Shown: positions 1-8,269 of the stretch, piece by piece
Layout of the letters: every line of letters begins with the position of its first letter
Position numbering within the stretch: position 1 is the first letter of the stretch
IMG/VR virus record: IMGVR_UViG_3300011335_000166
Coordinates: 1 to 31,750 of that record
Direction: 5' to 3' (one strand)
From: a virus
Lineage: Duplodnaviria > Caudoviricetes
DNA: 31,750 nt
The notes under the pieces: model-generated
Told to the model about the DNA's origin: nothing
The model's database searches: none
What the model saw: the letters and a program-made list of their open reading frames with translations, nothing else
Translations under genes and position numbers: made by a program

Positions 1-78
1 TCCTTAGCCCGGAGTCCAACCATGCCGTTGGCGGATATCCGCGTGGTCGGTTGCGCACTATCGCCTATGCTGGTGGTC

Positions 79-621
79 ATGGCACGACCGAGAACTGGGA
101 CAGGCGGCGGAGCATCCGCCATCCCGATCGAGCGAAAGCGTTTGAAAGGCTCACGCATCCGCAACGGATTGAAGGCTTCACCTATGCCAGAGACCGCACT
201 TGCTCTGGTCGACATGACAGTTGTGCCGGTCGCACCGAAAGGTTTGGGCAAGATTGGGAGCGAGTATTGGAATGTGATGTGGACTGGTGGTCGTCGTCAT
301 CTGTCCGAGTTGCACGACGGTCCCTTGATGGGTCGGCTGTGTCGGAACTATCAGACGATCTACGATCTGGAACTTTGGCTTGGCAAAGACATCACGAGTC
401 GTTGGTACACAAGTCCGAACGGTCAGGTCGTTACTCATCCAGCGGTCAAACAGATCGAGCAGATGGATGCGCAATGCACAGCCTGGCTGAGTTTGCTTGG
501 GTTCACTCCGAGCGATCGTTCACGGTTGGGTCTTGCCGAGATAAGGGTGGCCAATGAGCTTGATCAATATCGACAAAGGAACTCCAACCTGGTCGACATC
601 CAAGTTATACCCGAAGTCTGA
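79..621 (+). CDS. terS: Terminase small subunit (P27-like family)
   Basis: Directly upstream of and overlapping terL. C-terminal HPAVKQ...LGFTPSDRSRL motif is typical of P27-type small terminases. ATG at 79 chosen because TATGCT lies 7 nt upstream. Confidence 0.85.
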   Translation: MARPRTGTGGGASAIPIERKRLKGSRIRNGLKASPMPETALALVDMTVVPVAPKGLGKIGSEYWNVMWTGGRRHLSELHDGPLMGRLCRNYQTIYDLELWLGKDITSRWYTSPNGQVVTHPAVKQIEQMDAQCTAWLSLLGFTPSDRSRLGLAEIRVANELDQYRQRNSNLVDIQVIPEV

Positions 622-2023
622 CGGTCATAAGGTCGTTGACTTTGCTGCGACGTTCATGCACGTCAGCAAAGGTGTCCGCGCAGGTCAACCTCTTCTTCTA
701 ACCAGTTGGCAGGTTGCTCTTCTTGATGCACTGTATGAGCGTCGGCCTGATGGGTTGCTTCGTTACCGTCGAAGCCTGATCGGGTTGGCTCGGAAGAACG
801 GCAAGTCACTTCTCGGTACCGTTGTCGCACTTGTCGGTCTGATTGAGGGTGAGCCTGGTGCCGAGGTGTATTCGGCTGCGGGTGATCGTCAGCAGGCGCG
901 TGTCGTGTTCAACGAAGCGAAGTGGCAGATCAGTCAGTCACCTGCGTTGTCGGGTGTGTGCAAGGTGTATCGGGATGTCGTTGAGGTGCCTTCGACTGGT
1001 GCGATCTATCGTGTGTTGTCAAGCGACGCGAAACTTCAACAAGGTTTGAATCCTTCAACGGTTGTCTTTGATGAGTTGCATGTTCAGCCGAACGATGATC
1101 TTTGGAATGCGTTGACGTTGGGTTCTGGTGCGCGTAAAGATCCGAACATTGTTGCCATCACAACCGCAGGCTTCGACTTGGATACTGTTTGCGGTCGTCT
1201 TTACAACTATGGCAAAGAGATTGTTGCCGGCACGAAACAGGATGACCGATTCGGATTCTTCTGGTGGGAAGCACCAGCCGATTGTCAGATACATGATCGT
1301 GATGCGTGGGCTTCTGCGAATCCGAACCTGGCTGAAGGTTTGCTTGACATGGAAGACATGGAAGTGTCCATGTTGCAGACAGCCGAAGTCGCATTCCGTC
1401 GCTACAGATTATGCCAATGGGTTCGCACCGATGGCGAGTCATGGTTGCCGAAGGGTGCATGGGAGTTGTGTCGAAGCGAAGATCAACTTGATCCGAACAT
1501 ACCTGTGTTCGTCGGCATTGACATGGCGTTGAAGCATGACTCGATTGCGGTGGTGGTTGCACAGTTGCAAGAATCTGGTCGGCTTGTCACTCGTGCAAAG
1601 ATCTGGCATCCCGATGGTGGGATCATGGATGTCGCCGCAGTTGAGCAACACATCCGCGAACTTGGTAGAGAGTTCACGGTGCAAGAGTTCGCATACGATC
1701 CAGCGTTCTTTCAACGCTCCGCTGAAGCGATGTCGGATGAAGGGTTCACGATGGTTGAGTTCTCGCAGTCGACTGCGCGCATGGTGCCTGCTTGCGGAAC
1801 TCTTTACGAATACATCGTGAACGGTCGGCTTGCACACAACGGTGATCCGGTGTTCACCGATCAAGTGTTATCGGCTGCGCAACGATCAACCGATATGGGT
1901 TGGCGATTATCTAAAGGTAAATCGAAACGCAAGATTGACGCTGCGATAGCATTGGCCATGGCAGTAGATCGGGCAACTCGACGAACTGAGATTATTCAGC
2001 AACCAGGTTTCTTCAAGGTTTAG
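554..2023 (+). CDS. terL: Terminase large subunit (cos-type, Terminase_1-like)
   Basis: Walker A ARKNGKS, Walker B VVFDELH, coupling motif ITTAG, nuclease GIDMA...D, YDP and terminal KIDAAIA. Confidence 0.97.
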   Translation: MSLINIDKGTPTWSTSKLYPKSDGHKVVDFAATFMHVSKGVRAGQPLLLTSWQVALLDALYERRPDGLLRYRRSLIGLARKNGKSLLGTVVALVGLIEGEPGAEVYSAAGDRQQARVVFNEAKWQISQSPALSGVCKVYRDVVEVPSTGAIYRVLSSDAKLQQGLNPSTVVFDELHVQPNDDLWNALTLGSGARKDPNIVAITTAGFDLDTVCGRLYNYGKEIVAGTKQDDRFGFFWWEAPADCQIHDRDAWASANPNLAEGLLDMEDMEVSMLQTAEVAFRRYRLCQWVRTDGESWLPKGAWELCRSEDQLDPNIPVFVGIDMALKHDSIAVVVAQLQESGRLVTRAKIWHPDGGIMDVAAVEQHIRELGREFTVQEFAYDPAFFQRSAEAMSDEGFTMVEFSQSTARMVPACGTLYEYIVNGRLAHNGDPVFTDQVLSAAQRSTDMGWRLSKGKSKRKIDAAIALAMAVDRATRRTEIIQQPGFFKV

Positions 2024-2030
2024 GAGATAG

Positions 2031-2183
2031 ATGATTGTAGTTCTGTTGGAATTGTTGGCGATAGTTTTGATTGCGGTCGGCGTGTTTTACATTGCCATCC
2101 CACTTGGGCTAATCTTTACAGGCATATCTCTGCTTGCCTTCACCTTGGCTTGGGAGCGGTCAAAGAAAGTAGATAAACAATAA
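2031..2183 (+). CDS. Small two-TM membrane protein (50 aa) between terL and portal
   Basis: Not in the ORF track. SD AGGAG, then MIVVLLELLAIVLIAVGVFYIAIPLGLIFTGISLLAFTLAWERSKKVDKQ; the stop overlaps the portal start (TAATG). Confidence 0.75.
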   Translation: MIVVLLELLAIVLIAVGVFYIAIPLGLIFTGISLLAFTLAWERSKKVDKQ

Positions 2184-3709
2184 TGCTGTCAAGACTGTTC
2201 AACCCAAGAGGCGAAGAAAGAGCTGTCTCATATCAATCGCTTTTCTCTGCGGGTGACGCATTCCAATTCACAACGAACGCCGGCACAACTGTCACGCAAG
2301 AAGATTCGCTCAGGATCGGAACGGTGTATGCGTGTGTCCGTCTTATCGCGGACTCTATCTCAACTCTGCCAGTCGACACGTTCATTCGTGTTGACGGCGA
2401 TCGCCGACCTTACCGTCCACGACCTGAATGGCTGGACATGCCTGAGATTGGTTGCTCACGCACCGATCACTTCCAACAGGTTCTCGTGTCAATGTTGTTG
2501 AACGGTAATTCGTTCACCAGAGTTATCCGCGACAACCAAGGTGTCGCAGGTTTGTCGGTGTTGAATCCGTTGAAAGTTGAAGTGAAGCGCGACGAGTCTC
2601 GCCGTCTGATCTATGTGTTTGACAACCGTGACGTGATCGAGCATGAAGACATGATTCATCTGTCCGAGTTGCGTTTACCTGGCGATCTGCGTGGCCGTTC
2701 ACGAATCGAACTTGTCAAAGAGAACCTCGGCTTGTCAAAGGCGTTGGAAGAGTTCGCTGCAAGATTCTTCGGTCAAGGTTCGCACACGTCTGGCATCATT
2801 GAGTTCCCAGGCAACCTGACACGCGAACAAGCGAAGTCGCTTGTTGACGGATTCGAAGAAGGTCACAAAGGTTTGCGTCGCGCACATCGTCCAGGCATCC
2901 TGTTCGGTGGTGCGAAGTACACGACAACTTCGGTCGCACCGGACGATTCACAATTCTTGCAATCACGACAATTCGCTGTTGAAGAAATCTTGCGCGCATT
3001 CCGTGTTCCACCATCGATGGCGGGCGTGTTGCAACCAGGTGCGCAAGCATACGCATCAGTTGAGATGAACGGCATCCACTTCGTGATGCACACGTTGCGA
3101 CCTTATGTGTCTAAGATTGAGGATGGTTACTCACGCATCTTGACAGGTAACTCGTTCCTACGATTCAACCTTGATGGTCTGATGCGCGGCGACTTCGGTT
3201 CGCGTGTCGCAGGATATTCTTCCGCGTTGCAAGCAGGTTGGATGTCGATCAACGATGTTCGCCGATTCGAAGATCTACGACCGGCCGAAGGTGGCGACAC
3301 TTACCGTGTGCCACTAGCGAACGTGGATCTTGGTGCGGCTGGACTCACAGAACTTGACCGCAAGACGATGATGGCTCAACGTCTGATCAACGCAGGATTC
3401 GAACCTGCTGCGGTGTTGAAAGCACTTGACGTGGATCCGATCAAGCACACAGGTGTCGCACCAGTTCTGTTGCAACAAGTCACCGAACCCGCACCAACCT
3501 ACGATGTGAGTCAGCGCGATGTGAACGTGACGATGCCTGAAGTTGTTGTGAATGTTCCACCGGCACAGGTGAGTGTTGCCGCTCCGATCATCAACGTGCC
3601 TGAAACTGTTGTGCGTGTGAACGTGCCAGAGAGCAAGCCGACCGTGCGCACGGTTGAACGCGACACTGACGGCCGTATCTTGACGATCACCGAAAGGGTT
3701 GAAGAGTAA
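2183..3709 (+). CDS. Portal protein, HK97 family, with Pro/Val-rich C-terminal extension
   Basis: VYACVRLIADSISTLP, LLNGNSF, QFLQSR...EILRAFRVPP, GWMSINDVRRFEDL; position after terL. Confidence 0.95.
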   Translation: MLSRLFNPRGEERAVSYQSLFSAGDAFQFTTNAGTTVTQEDSLRIGTVYACVRLIADSISTLPVDTFIRVDGDRRPYRPRPEWLDMPEIGCSRTDHFQQVLVSMLLNGNSFTRVIRDNQGVAGLSVLNPLKVEVKRDESRRLIYVFDNRDVIEHEDMIHLSELRLPGDLRGRSRIELVKENLGLSKALEEFAARFFGQGSHTSGIIEFPGNLTREQAKSLVDGFEEGHKGLRRAHRPGILFGGAKYTTTSVAPDDSQFLQSRQFAVEEILRAFRVPPSMAGVLQPGAQAYASVEMNGIHFVMHTLRPYVSKIEDGYSRILTGNSFLRFNLDGLMRGDFGSRVAGYSSALQAGWMSINDVRRFEDLRPAEGGDTYRVPLANVDLGAAGLTELDRKTMMAQRLINAGFEPAAVLKALDVDPIKHTGVAPVLLQQVTEPAPTYDVSQRDVNVTMPEVVVNVPPAQVSVAAPIINVPETVVRVNVPESKPTVRTVERDTDGRILTITERVEE

Positions 3710-4092
3710 TGGCTGTCGGTTTATCAAACTATCTTTGCAACTCATTCCTTGACGCTCTCGGCAACGCGACATCGTTCTCTGTTGCTGTTCCGTACATCAA
3801 ACTTCATGTCGGTGATCCAGGTTCGGCTGCGACTGCGAATGCTGCAACCGAAACAACACGCAAGTCTGTTTCGTTCGGTGCAGCATCATCTGGTGCGATC
3901 GCATCCGATGCAGATATCTCCTGGACGAACATCTCAGGTTCACAAGATGCGACACACTTCAGTGCGTGGGATAGTTTGACTGCCGGCAACTTCTTGTTCT
4001 CAGGCACGATCACCGCAAACGCCTACACCGCAGGTGACACCTACACGATTACTTCAGGCAATCTGTCTGCTTCTTTAACTGTCGCTAGTTAG
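3709..4092 (+). CDS. Putative virion accessory/fibre-associated protein
   Basis: Coupled to the portal stop. Ala/Ser/Thr-rich beta-type protein (YIKLHVGDPG, WDSLTAGNFLFSG) resembling small structural proteins. Confidence 0.55.
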   Translation: MAVGLSNYLCNSFLDALGNATSFSVAVPYIKLHVGDPGSAATANAATETTRKSVSFGAASSGAIASDADISWTNISGSQDATHFSAWDSLTAGNFLFSGTITANAYTAGDTYTITSGNLSASLTVAS

Positions 4093-4101
4093 TTGACCGC
4101 G

Positions 4102-4785
4102 ATGGCGGTGAAAAGATTCCTGCTCGACACGAGCCAACTCAACGATGCTGCATTCGGACTTGATGGTGGTCTTGCATTCATACTTGATACCAGCCAACTT
4201 GACGGAACACGAGTTCTCGATGGCGGCGAGTTCTTAACAGTTGCCACAGGCACCGCGTCGCTTGGTGCGATGACTGCGACCGCATCGGCGACTGTCAAAC
4301 ATTCGGCGACATTGTCGGCCACACTTGGCGGACTCGTTGCTGAAGTCAGTCAAATAATTGTCACCGATCTTGCGGAGTTGTCAGCGGAACTTGGTGGACT
4401 GATCGGATCAGGTTCAGCAACAGTCGTGCATTCGGCGACACTGTCGGCCACACTCGGCGGACTGACCGCATCAGCAATCACCGCAGTCGCACAGAACGCA
4501 GTTCTATCAGCCGACCTTGGCGGACTTGTCGCAACCGCGAATGCACTCGACACACCGCCAGAACCGACACCAGAACCGACACCTGTTGGCGGGCGACAAT
4601 ACGCCGCACCAAGACGCAAGAAGATTGAACCAGTTGCCCAACCTGTAGTCGAGATACCTGTCATCCAACCGAAGCGACGCTACGCGGTCTGCTCAACCTC
4701 GTTGAACGGGATGCAAGCACAAGCAATCGGAACAATCACTTTCAGCATCTTAGAAGATGATGCTGAGGTATTATTGTTGGTCTGA
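4102..4785 (+). CDS. Ala/Thr-rich repeat protein, probably structural
   Basis: Two FxLDTSQL motifs, repeated LSATLGGL/LSAELGGL/LSADLGGL units and a PEPT linker; stop overlaps the next start (TGATG). Confidence 0.6.
   Translation: MAVKRFLLDTSQLNDAAFGLDGGLAFILDTSQLDGTRVLDGGEFLTVATGTASLGAMTATASATVKHSATLSATLGGLVAEVSQIIVTDLAELSAELGGLIGSGSATVVHSATLSATLGGLTASAITAVAQNAVLSADLGGLVATANALDTPPEPTPEPTPVGGRQYAAPRRKKIEPVAQPVVEIPVIQPKRRYAVCSTSLNGMQAQAIGTITFSILEDDAEVLLLV
4300..4463 (+). repeat. Near-identical 35-bp direct repeat encoding HSATLSATLGGL
   Basis: cattcggcgacattgtcggccacacttggcggact (4300-4334) vs cattcggcgacactgtcggccacactcggcggact (4429-4463). Confidence 0.8.
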
Positions 4786-6599
4786 TGCCTTACTTCATTA
4801 CCGACAAGTCACCAGATTGTTCTGGTTGGGCAACCGTCAAAGAAGATGGCGAAGTAATCGGATGCCACACAACGAAACAAGATGCAATCAATCAGATGGT
4901 TGCGGTCTCTATCGCCGAAGACATGGAACCAGGTGGTGAACGTGCGTTGCCGGACAACTATCGTCCAGCATTATCACCAGACGTTCCTGAAGGTCGTGCG
5001 TGCGGGAACTGTTACCACTACGACGAAACAGATGTGCAAGGCGAAGGCGACGACTTGAAAGCATATTGTCACAAGTGGGATGCTTATGTGAACGGCGGAT
5101 TCTATTGCAACGCTTGGCAAGTAGACGAAGAAGACCGTCAAGTGTCTTTGGAAGTTCCTGTCTATATTCGTACCGCTGCACGCAAAGGACTCGACTACTA
5201 CGGACAAGGATTGGCTGGTGACGGGCTGACCGACAAGACGGTTCGTGAAGCACGAGACTTGGCGCGTGGTCAGATCACCGAAGACAAAGTTGTGCGTTCA
5301 AATGCGTGGGCGCAACGACATGCGGTAGATCTGCAAGCACCGAAGAACTCTGATGCAGGCAACGACGAGTTCCCTGGTGCTGGTGCGGTTGCACATTATC
5401 TGTGGGGAATCAATCCGTTGAATCCTCAGCCGGCACGAAACTTCTACGAGTCGAAGTCTGAGGCAATCAAATCTGAACGCGCACCAGCACCGCCGAAAGA
5501 TCAGATCACAGGTTCGGACAAGAATCCGAAAGGTTCCGCAAAAGCACCTGCGGGTTCTGCCACGATCGAATTGACACAAGCAATCGAAGACGGGTTGAAG
5601 AACAAGGTCGTTGAACACAACGACAAACTTGACGGTGCGGATCCGTCTTGGAAGCGTGCCACGGCTGGGATGTTGCGCACCGTATTTCGTCGTGGTGCCG
5701 GTGCGTTCTCAACTTCGCATCGACCTGGCATCACTCGTAACCAGTGGGCGTATGCGCGTGTGAATGCGTTCTTGTATCTTCTTCGCAATGGCCGTCCAGA
5801 GAATCCTGCCTACGTCACCGACAACGATCTGTTGCCGAAAGATCATCCACGATCTTCTAGAACTGCACCTTTGAATGTTGTTATGATTGACGGCATGAGC
5901 GAATCACTAGAGACACGCCGCATTCAGATCAACAACTTCGAACTACGCGAAGGACCAACAGGTGACGGAATGTCATTCACAGGCTACGCAGCAGTCTTCG
6001 ATTCTGATTCGGAACCGTTGCCATTCATTGAAAGAATTGCGCATGGTGCGTTCAAGAAATCTTTGAAGAGTCGAATGCCGATCAAGATGTACATGAATCA
6101 TGATTCTTCAATGTTGCTCGCTTCGACAAGGTCACGAACTTTGCGATTGCAAGAGGATTCAAAAGGTTTGAAAGTTGAAGCCGATCTTCCTGACACAACT
6201 GTTGGTCGTGACCTGAGCGTGTTGATGAAGCGTGGCGATGTTGACTCGATGTCGTTCGGCTTCTCGGTTCCGTCTGGTGGAGACAAATGGTCGGATGATG
6301 GGATGAGTCGTGAACTGCGTCAAGTCCGTCTGCATGAGGTGTCGGTCGTGACCGGCTTCCCTGCTTACACGGCTACGACGGCCACTGTCCGTTCGTTGGA
6401 TGTTCTCGCCGAACGAACAGGTGTTGATGCGGACAAGCTTGCCGAAGCGATCACAATGCTTGAAGCAGGTGGCACATTGTCGGACGAATCCGCTGACCTG
6501 TTGTCGAACGCGGTCGGCAAACTTCGAGCCGAACCAGCCAAAGTTCCTTCGTCAATCAACTTGCTAAACAAACATCTTGAACTGTTGAAAAAGTTCTAA
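4785..6599 (+). CDS. Multidomain protein ending in an HK97-family prohead protease
   Basis: C-terminal ~230 aa carry FTGYAAVF, ERIAHGAF, MNHD, MSFGF and LHEVSVVTGFPAY. N-terminal 370 aa hold extra domains including a 4-Cys motif and WAYARVNAFL. Confidence 0.9.
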   Translation: MPYFITDKSPDCSGWATVKEDGEVIGCHTTKQDAINQMVAVSIAEDMEPGGERALPDNYRPALSPDVPEGRACGNCYHYDETDVQGEGDDLKAYCHKWDAYVNGGFYCNAWQVDEEDRQVSLEVPVYIRTAARKGLDYYGQGLAGDGLTDKTVREARDLARGQITEDKVVRSNAWAQRHAVDLQAPKNSDAGNDEFPGAGAVAHYLWGINPLNPQPARNFYESKSEAIKSERAPAPPKDQITGSDKNPKGSAKAPAGSATIELTQAIEDGLKNKVVEHNDKLDGADPSWKRATAGMLRTVFRRGAGAFSTSHRPGITRNQWAYARVNAFLYLLRNGRPENPAYVTDNDLLPKDHPRSSRTAPLNVVMIDGMSESLETRRIQINNFELREGPTGDGMSFTGYAAVFDSDSEPLPFIERIAHGAFKKSLKSRMPIKMYMNHDSSMLLASTRSRTLRLQEDSKGLKVEADLPDTTVGRDLSVLMKRGDVDSMSFGFSVPSGGDKWSDDGMSRELRQVRLHEVSVVTGFPAYTATTATVRSLDVLAERTGVDADKLAEAITMLEAGGTLSDESADLLSNAVGKLRAEPAKVPSSINLLNKHLELLKKF

Positions 6600-6620
6600 C
6601 CATCACCTATAGTTACTTCT

Positions 6621-6686
6621 GCCGGTAAGCGTTCCGCTACGGCTAGAGATTGGTAAGCGTCCCGCTACGATCGGAAGACAACTTCC
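6621..6686 (+). promoter_or_regulatory. Tandem hairpin leader upstream of the capsid gene
   Basis: Two GGTAAGCGT(T/C)CCGCTACG units in stems 6621-6643 and 6648-6672, a third stem GGAAG-ACAA-CTTCC, and a -10-like TATAGT at 6608-6613. Confidence 0.65.
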
Positions 6687-6721
6687 TGCGCACCACCAAC
6701 TCAACCAATCATGGAGAAATC

Positions 6722-7918
6722 ATGAAACAATTTATTGAACAACAAATGGCACAACGCGCAACAGCGTGGGAAGCCGCAAAGAAGATTCTTGATGTTGCAA
6801 CCGCTGAGAAGCGTGACCTGTCAGCAGAAGAAACACAGTCATACGAGAAGATCAGCAAAGAACTTGAAGATCGTCAAGTAACAATCGAGAAGCTCCGCGC
6901 CGATGAGGCTCGTGAACTTCGTCTTGAAGTAGCAACACGCGAGATCGCAGACCAGGTTCGTCCTGTCGCTGATGCACCACGCAGTGTCCGCACTGATGGC
7001 GAGATCATCCGCTCAATGGCAAAAGGCGAACTCCGTTCGTACTCGTTTGAAAAGCGTGACGTTGTCAAGACATCAACTGGTTCACCAGTACCGACATCTT
7101 TCTACGATCAGGTCATCATGCTTGCTCGACACGTTGGTCCGATGCTCTCAACTTCAACAATCTTGAACACAGCGTCAGGTGAGAACCTTCAGATTCCATC
7201 ACTTGCTCAATACTCGACAGCGGCAATCGTTGGCGAAGGCACAGCAATCGCAGAATCCGATCCGGTATTTAATTCGTTCATCACTTTGGGTGCATACAAG
7301 TTTTCATTCCTTGTACAACTCTCAACAGAGTTGATCGAAGACAGCGGTGTCGACATCTTGTCATTCTTGGCAAGTCAAGTCGGTAACGAACTCGGCTTCC
7401 GTGTCAACGCATCGTTGACAGTCGGAACAGGATCAGCACAACCGAAAGGTATCGTCCCAGCATCAGCTCTTGGTGTAACTGGCGCAACCGCAGCTTCGGG
7501 TGCGTTCACGGCAGACAACTTGATTGACTTGGTCTACTCGGTAGACACAGCCGGTCGTCGTCTTCCAGGTTCAGGCTTCCAAATGAACTCGGCATCAATC
7601 GGCAAAATGCGAAAGCTCAAGGACACCGCGGGCAATTTCGTATTCCAGCCTTCACTCAGTGCAGATGCAAACGATCTGCTTCTCGGATACCCAGTATTTG
7701 AGAACCCATCAATCGTTGACACAGCAACATCAGCGAAGTCGGTAATCTTCGGACACCTTCCTTCGTACTATGTTCGTCAAGTCGGCGGAATCAAATTGGA
7801 TCGAAGCGATGACTTCGCATTCAGTGCTGGTCTTGTCACCTTCCGCGCCACAATGCGTGTTGACGGTAACTTGCCAGAAACATCACATGTTAAACACTTC
7901 ATCGGTGGAGCATCCTGA
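6722..7918 (+). CDS. Major capsid protein, HK97 fold with N-terminal delta (scaffold) domain
   Basis: SD GGAG before ATG 6722; coiled-coil N-terminus; ELIEDS, GTGSAQPKGI, LKDTAGNFVFQP, LLGYPV, RVDG. Confidence 0.95.
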   Translation: MKQFIEQQMAQRATAWEAAKKILDVATAEKRDLSAEETQSYEKISKELEDRQVTIEKLRADEARELRLEVATREIADQVRPVADAPRSVRTDGEIIRSMAKGELRSYSFEKRDVVKTSTGSPVPTSFYDQVIMLARHVGPMLSTSTILNTASGENLQIPSLAQYSTAAIVGEGTAIAESDPVFNSFITLGAYKFSFLVQLSTELIEDSGVDILSFLASQVGNELGFRVNASLTVGTGSAQPKGIVPASALGVTGATAASGAFTADNLIDLVYSVDTAGRRLPGSGFQMNSASIGKMRKLKDTAGNFVFQPSLSADANDLLLGYPVFENPSIVDTATSAKSVIFGHLPSYYVRQVGGIKLDRSDDFAFSAGLVTFRATMRVDGNLPETSHVKHFIGGAS

Positions 7919-7950
7919 TAATCAGGAAGCAAAACTGATAACAAGACATG

Positions 7951-8016
7951 ACAGTCCGCAAGGACTGTGACTAGGATTAAGCCTCGGTAAGGTCGTGCAG
8001 GACTTGCCGAGGCTTT
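7951..8016 (+). terminator. Two stem-loops after the capsid gene (terminator/attenuator-like)
   Basis: ACAGTCC-GCAA-GGACTGT (7951-7968, GNRA loop) and AAGCCTCGGTAAG...CTTGCCGAGGCTT (~7979-8015) followed by only a short T run. Confidence 0.55.
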
Positions 8017-8044
8017 CCTGTATCTGCACTAAACTTGGAGGATC

Positions 8045-8269
8045 ATGTGGATTACGGTAATCGTCAAAGGCGTTCCAATCGAGATGGAAGGAGCCTTGGC
8101 GGAACGGCTAATCCGAGCGGGCGTAGCACACTCATTGGAAGTGTCCGACCAGCCAATCCCGACCGACTCCGAATCCTCTGGTATTCCAACGCACCTTGGG
8201 CTGCCACCGGATACGGTCAGCAAACCGCGCAAGTCATCCAAAGGCTCGCGAAAGAAGACCACAAAGTAG
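8045..8269 (+). CDS. Small post-capsid protein with basic tail, overlapping the glycosyltransferase frame
   Basis: GGAGG SD; AERLIRAGVA core and Lys-rich tail resemble small proteins encoded after capsid genes. Confidence 0.55.
   Translation: MWITVIVKGVPIEMEGALAERLIRAGVAHSLEVSDQPIPTDSESSGIPTHLGLPPDTVSKPRKSSKGSRKKTTK

Noticed and set aside
4300-4463. Diversity-generating retroelement TR/VR pair
   Set aside because: Short in-frame repeat with C/T synonymous differences, not adenine-specific; no reverse transcriptase present.
6650-6721. Upstream TTG start for the capsid, and similar ORF-track extensions at 22, 11097, 21822, 27858 and 30847
   Set aside because: Downstream ATGs have better SD, -10 or coupling support, and the extensions overlap structured leaders or other genes.
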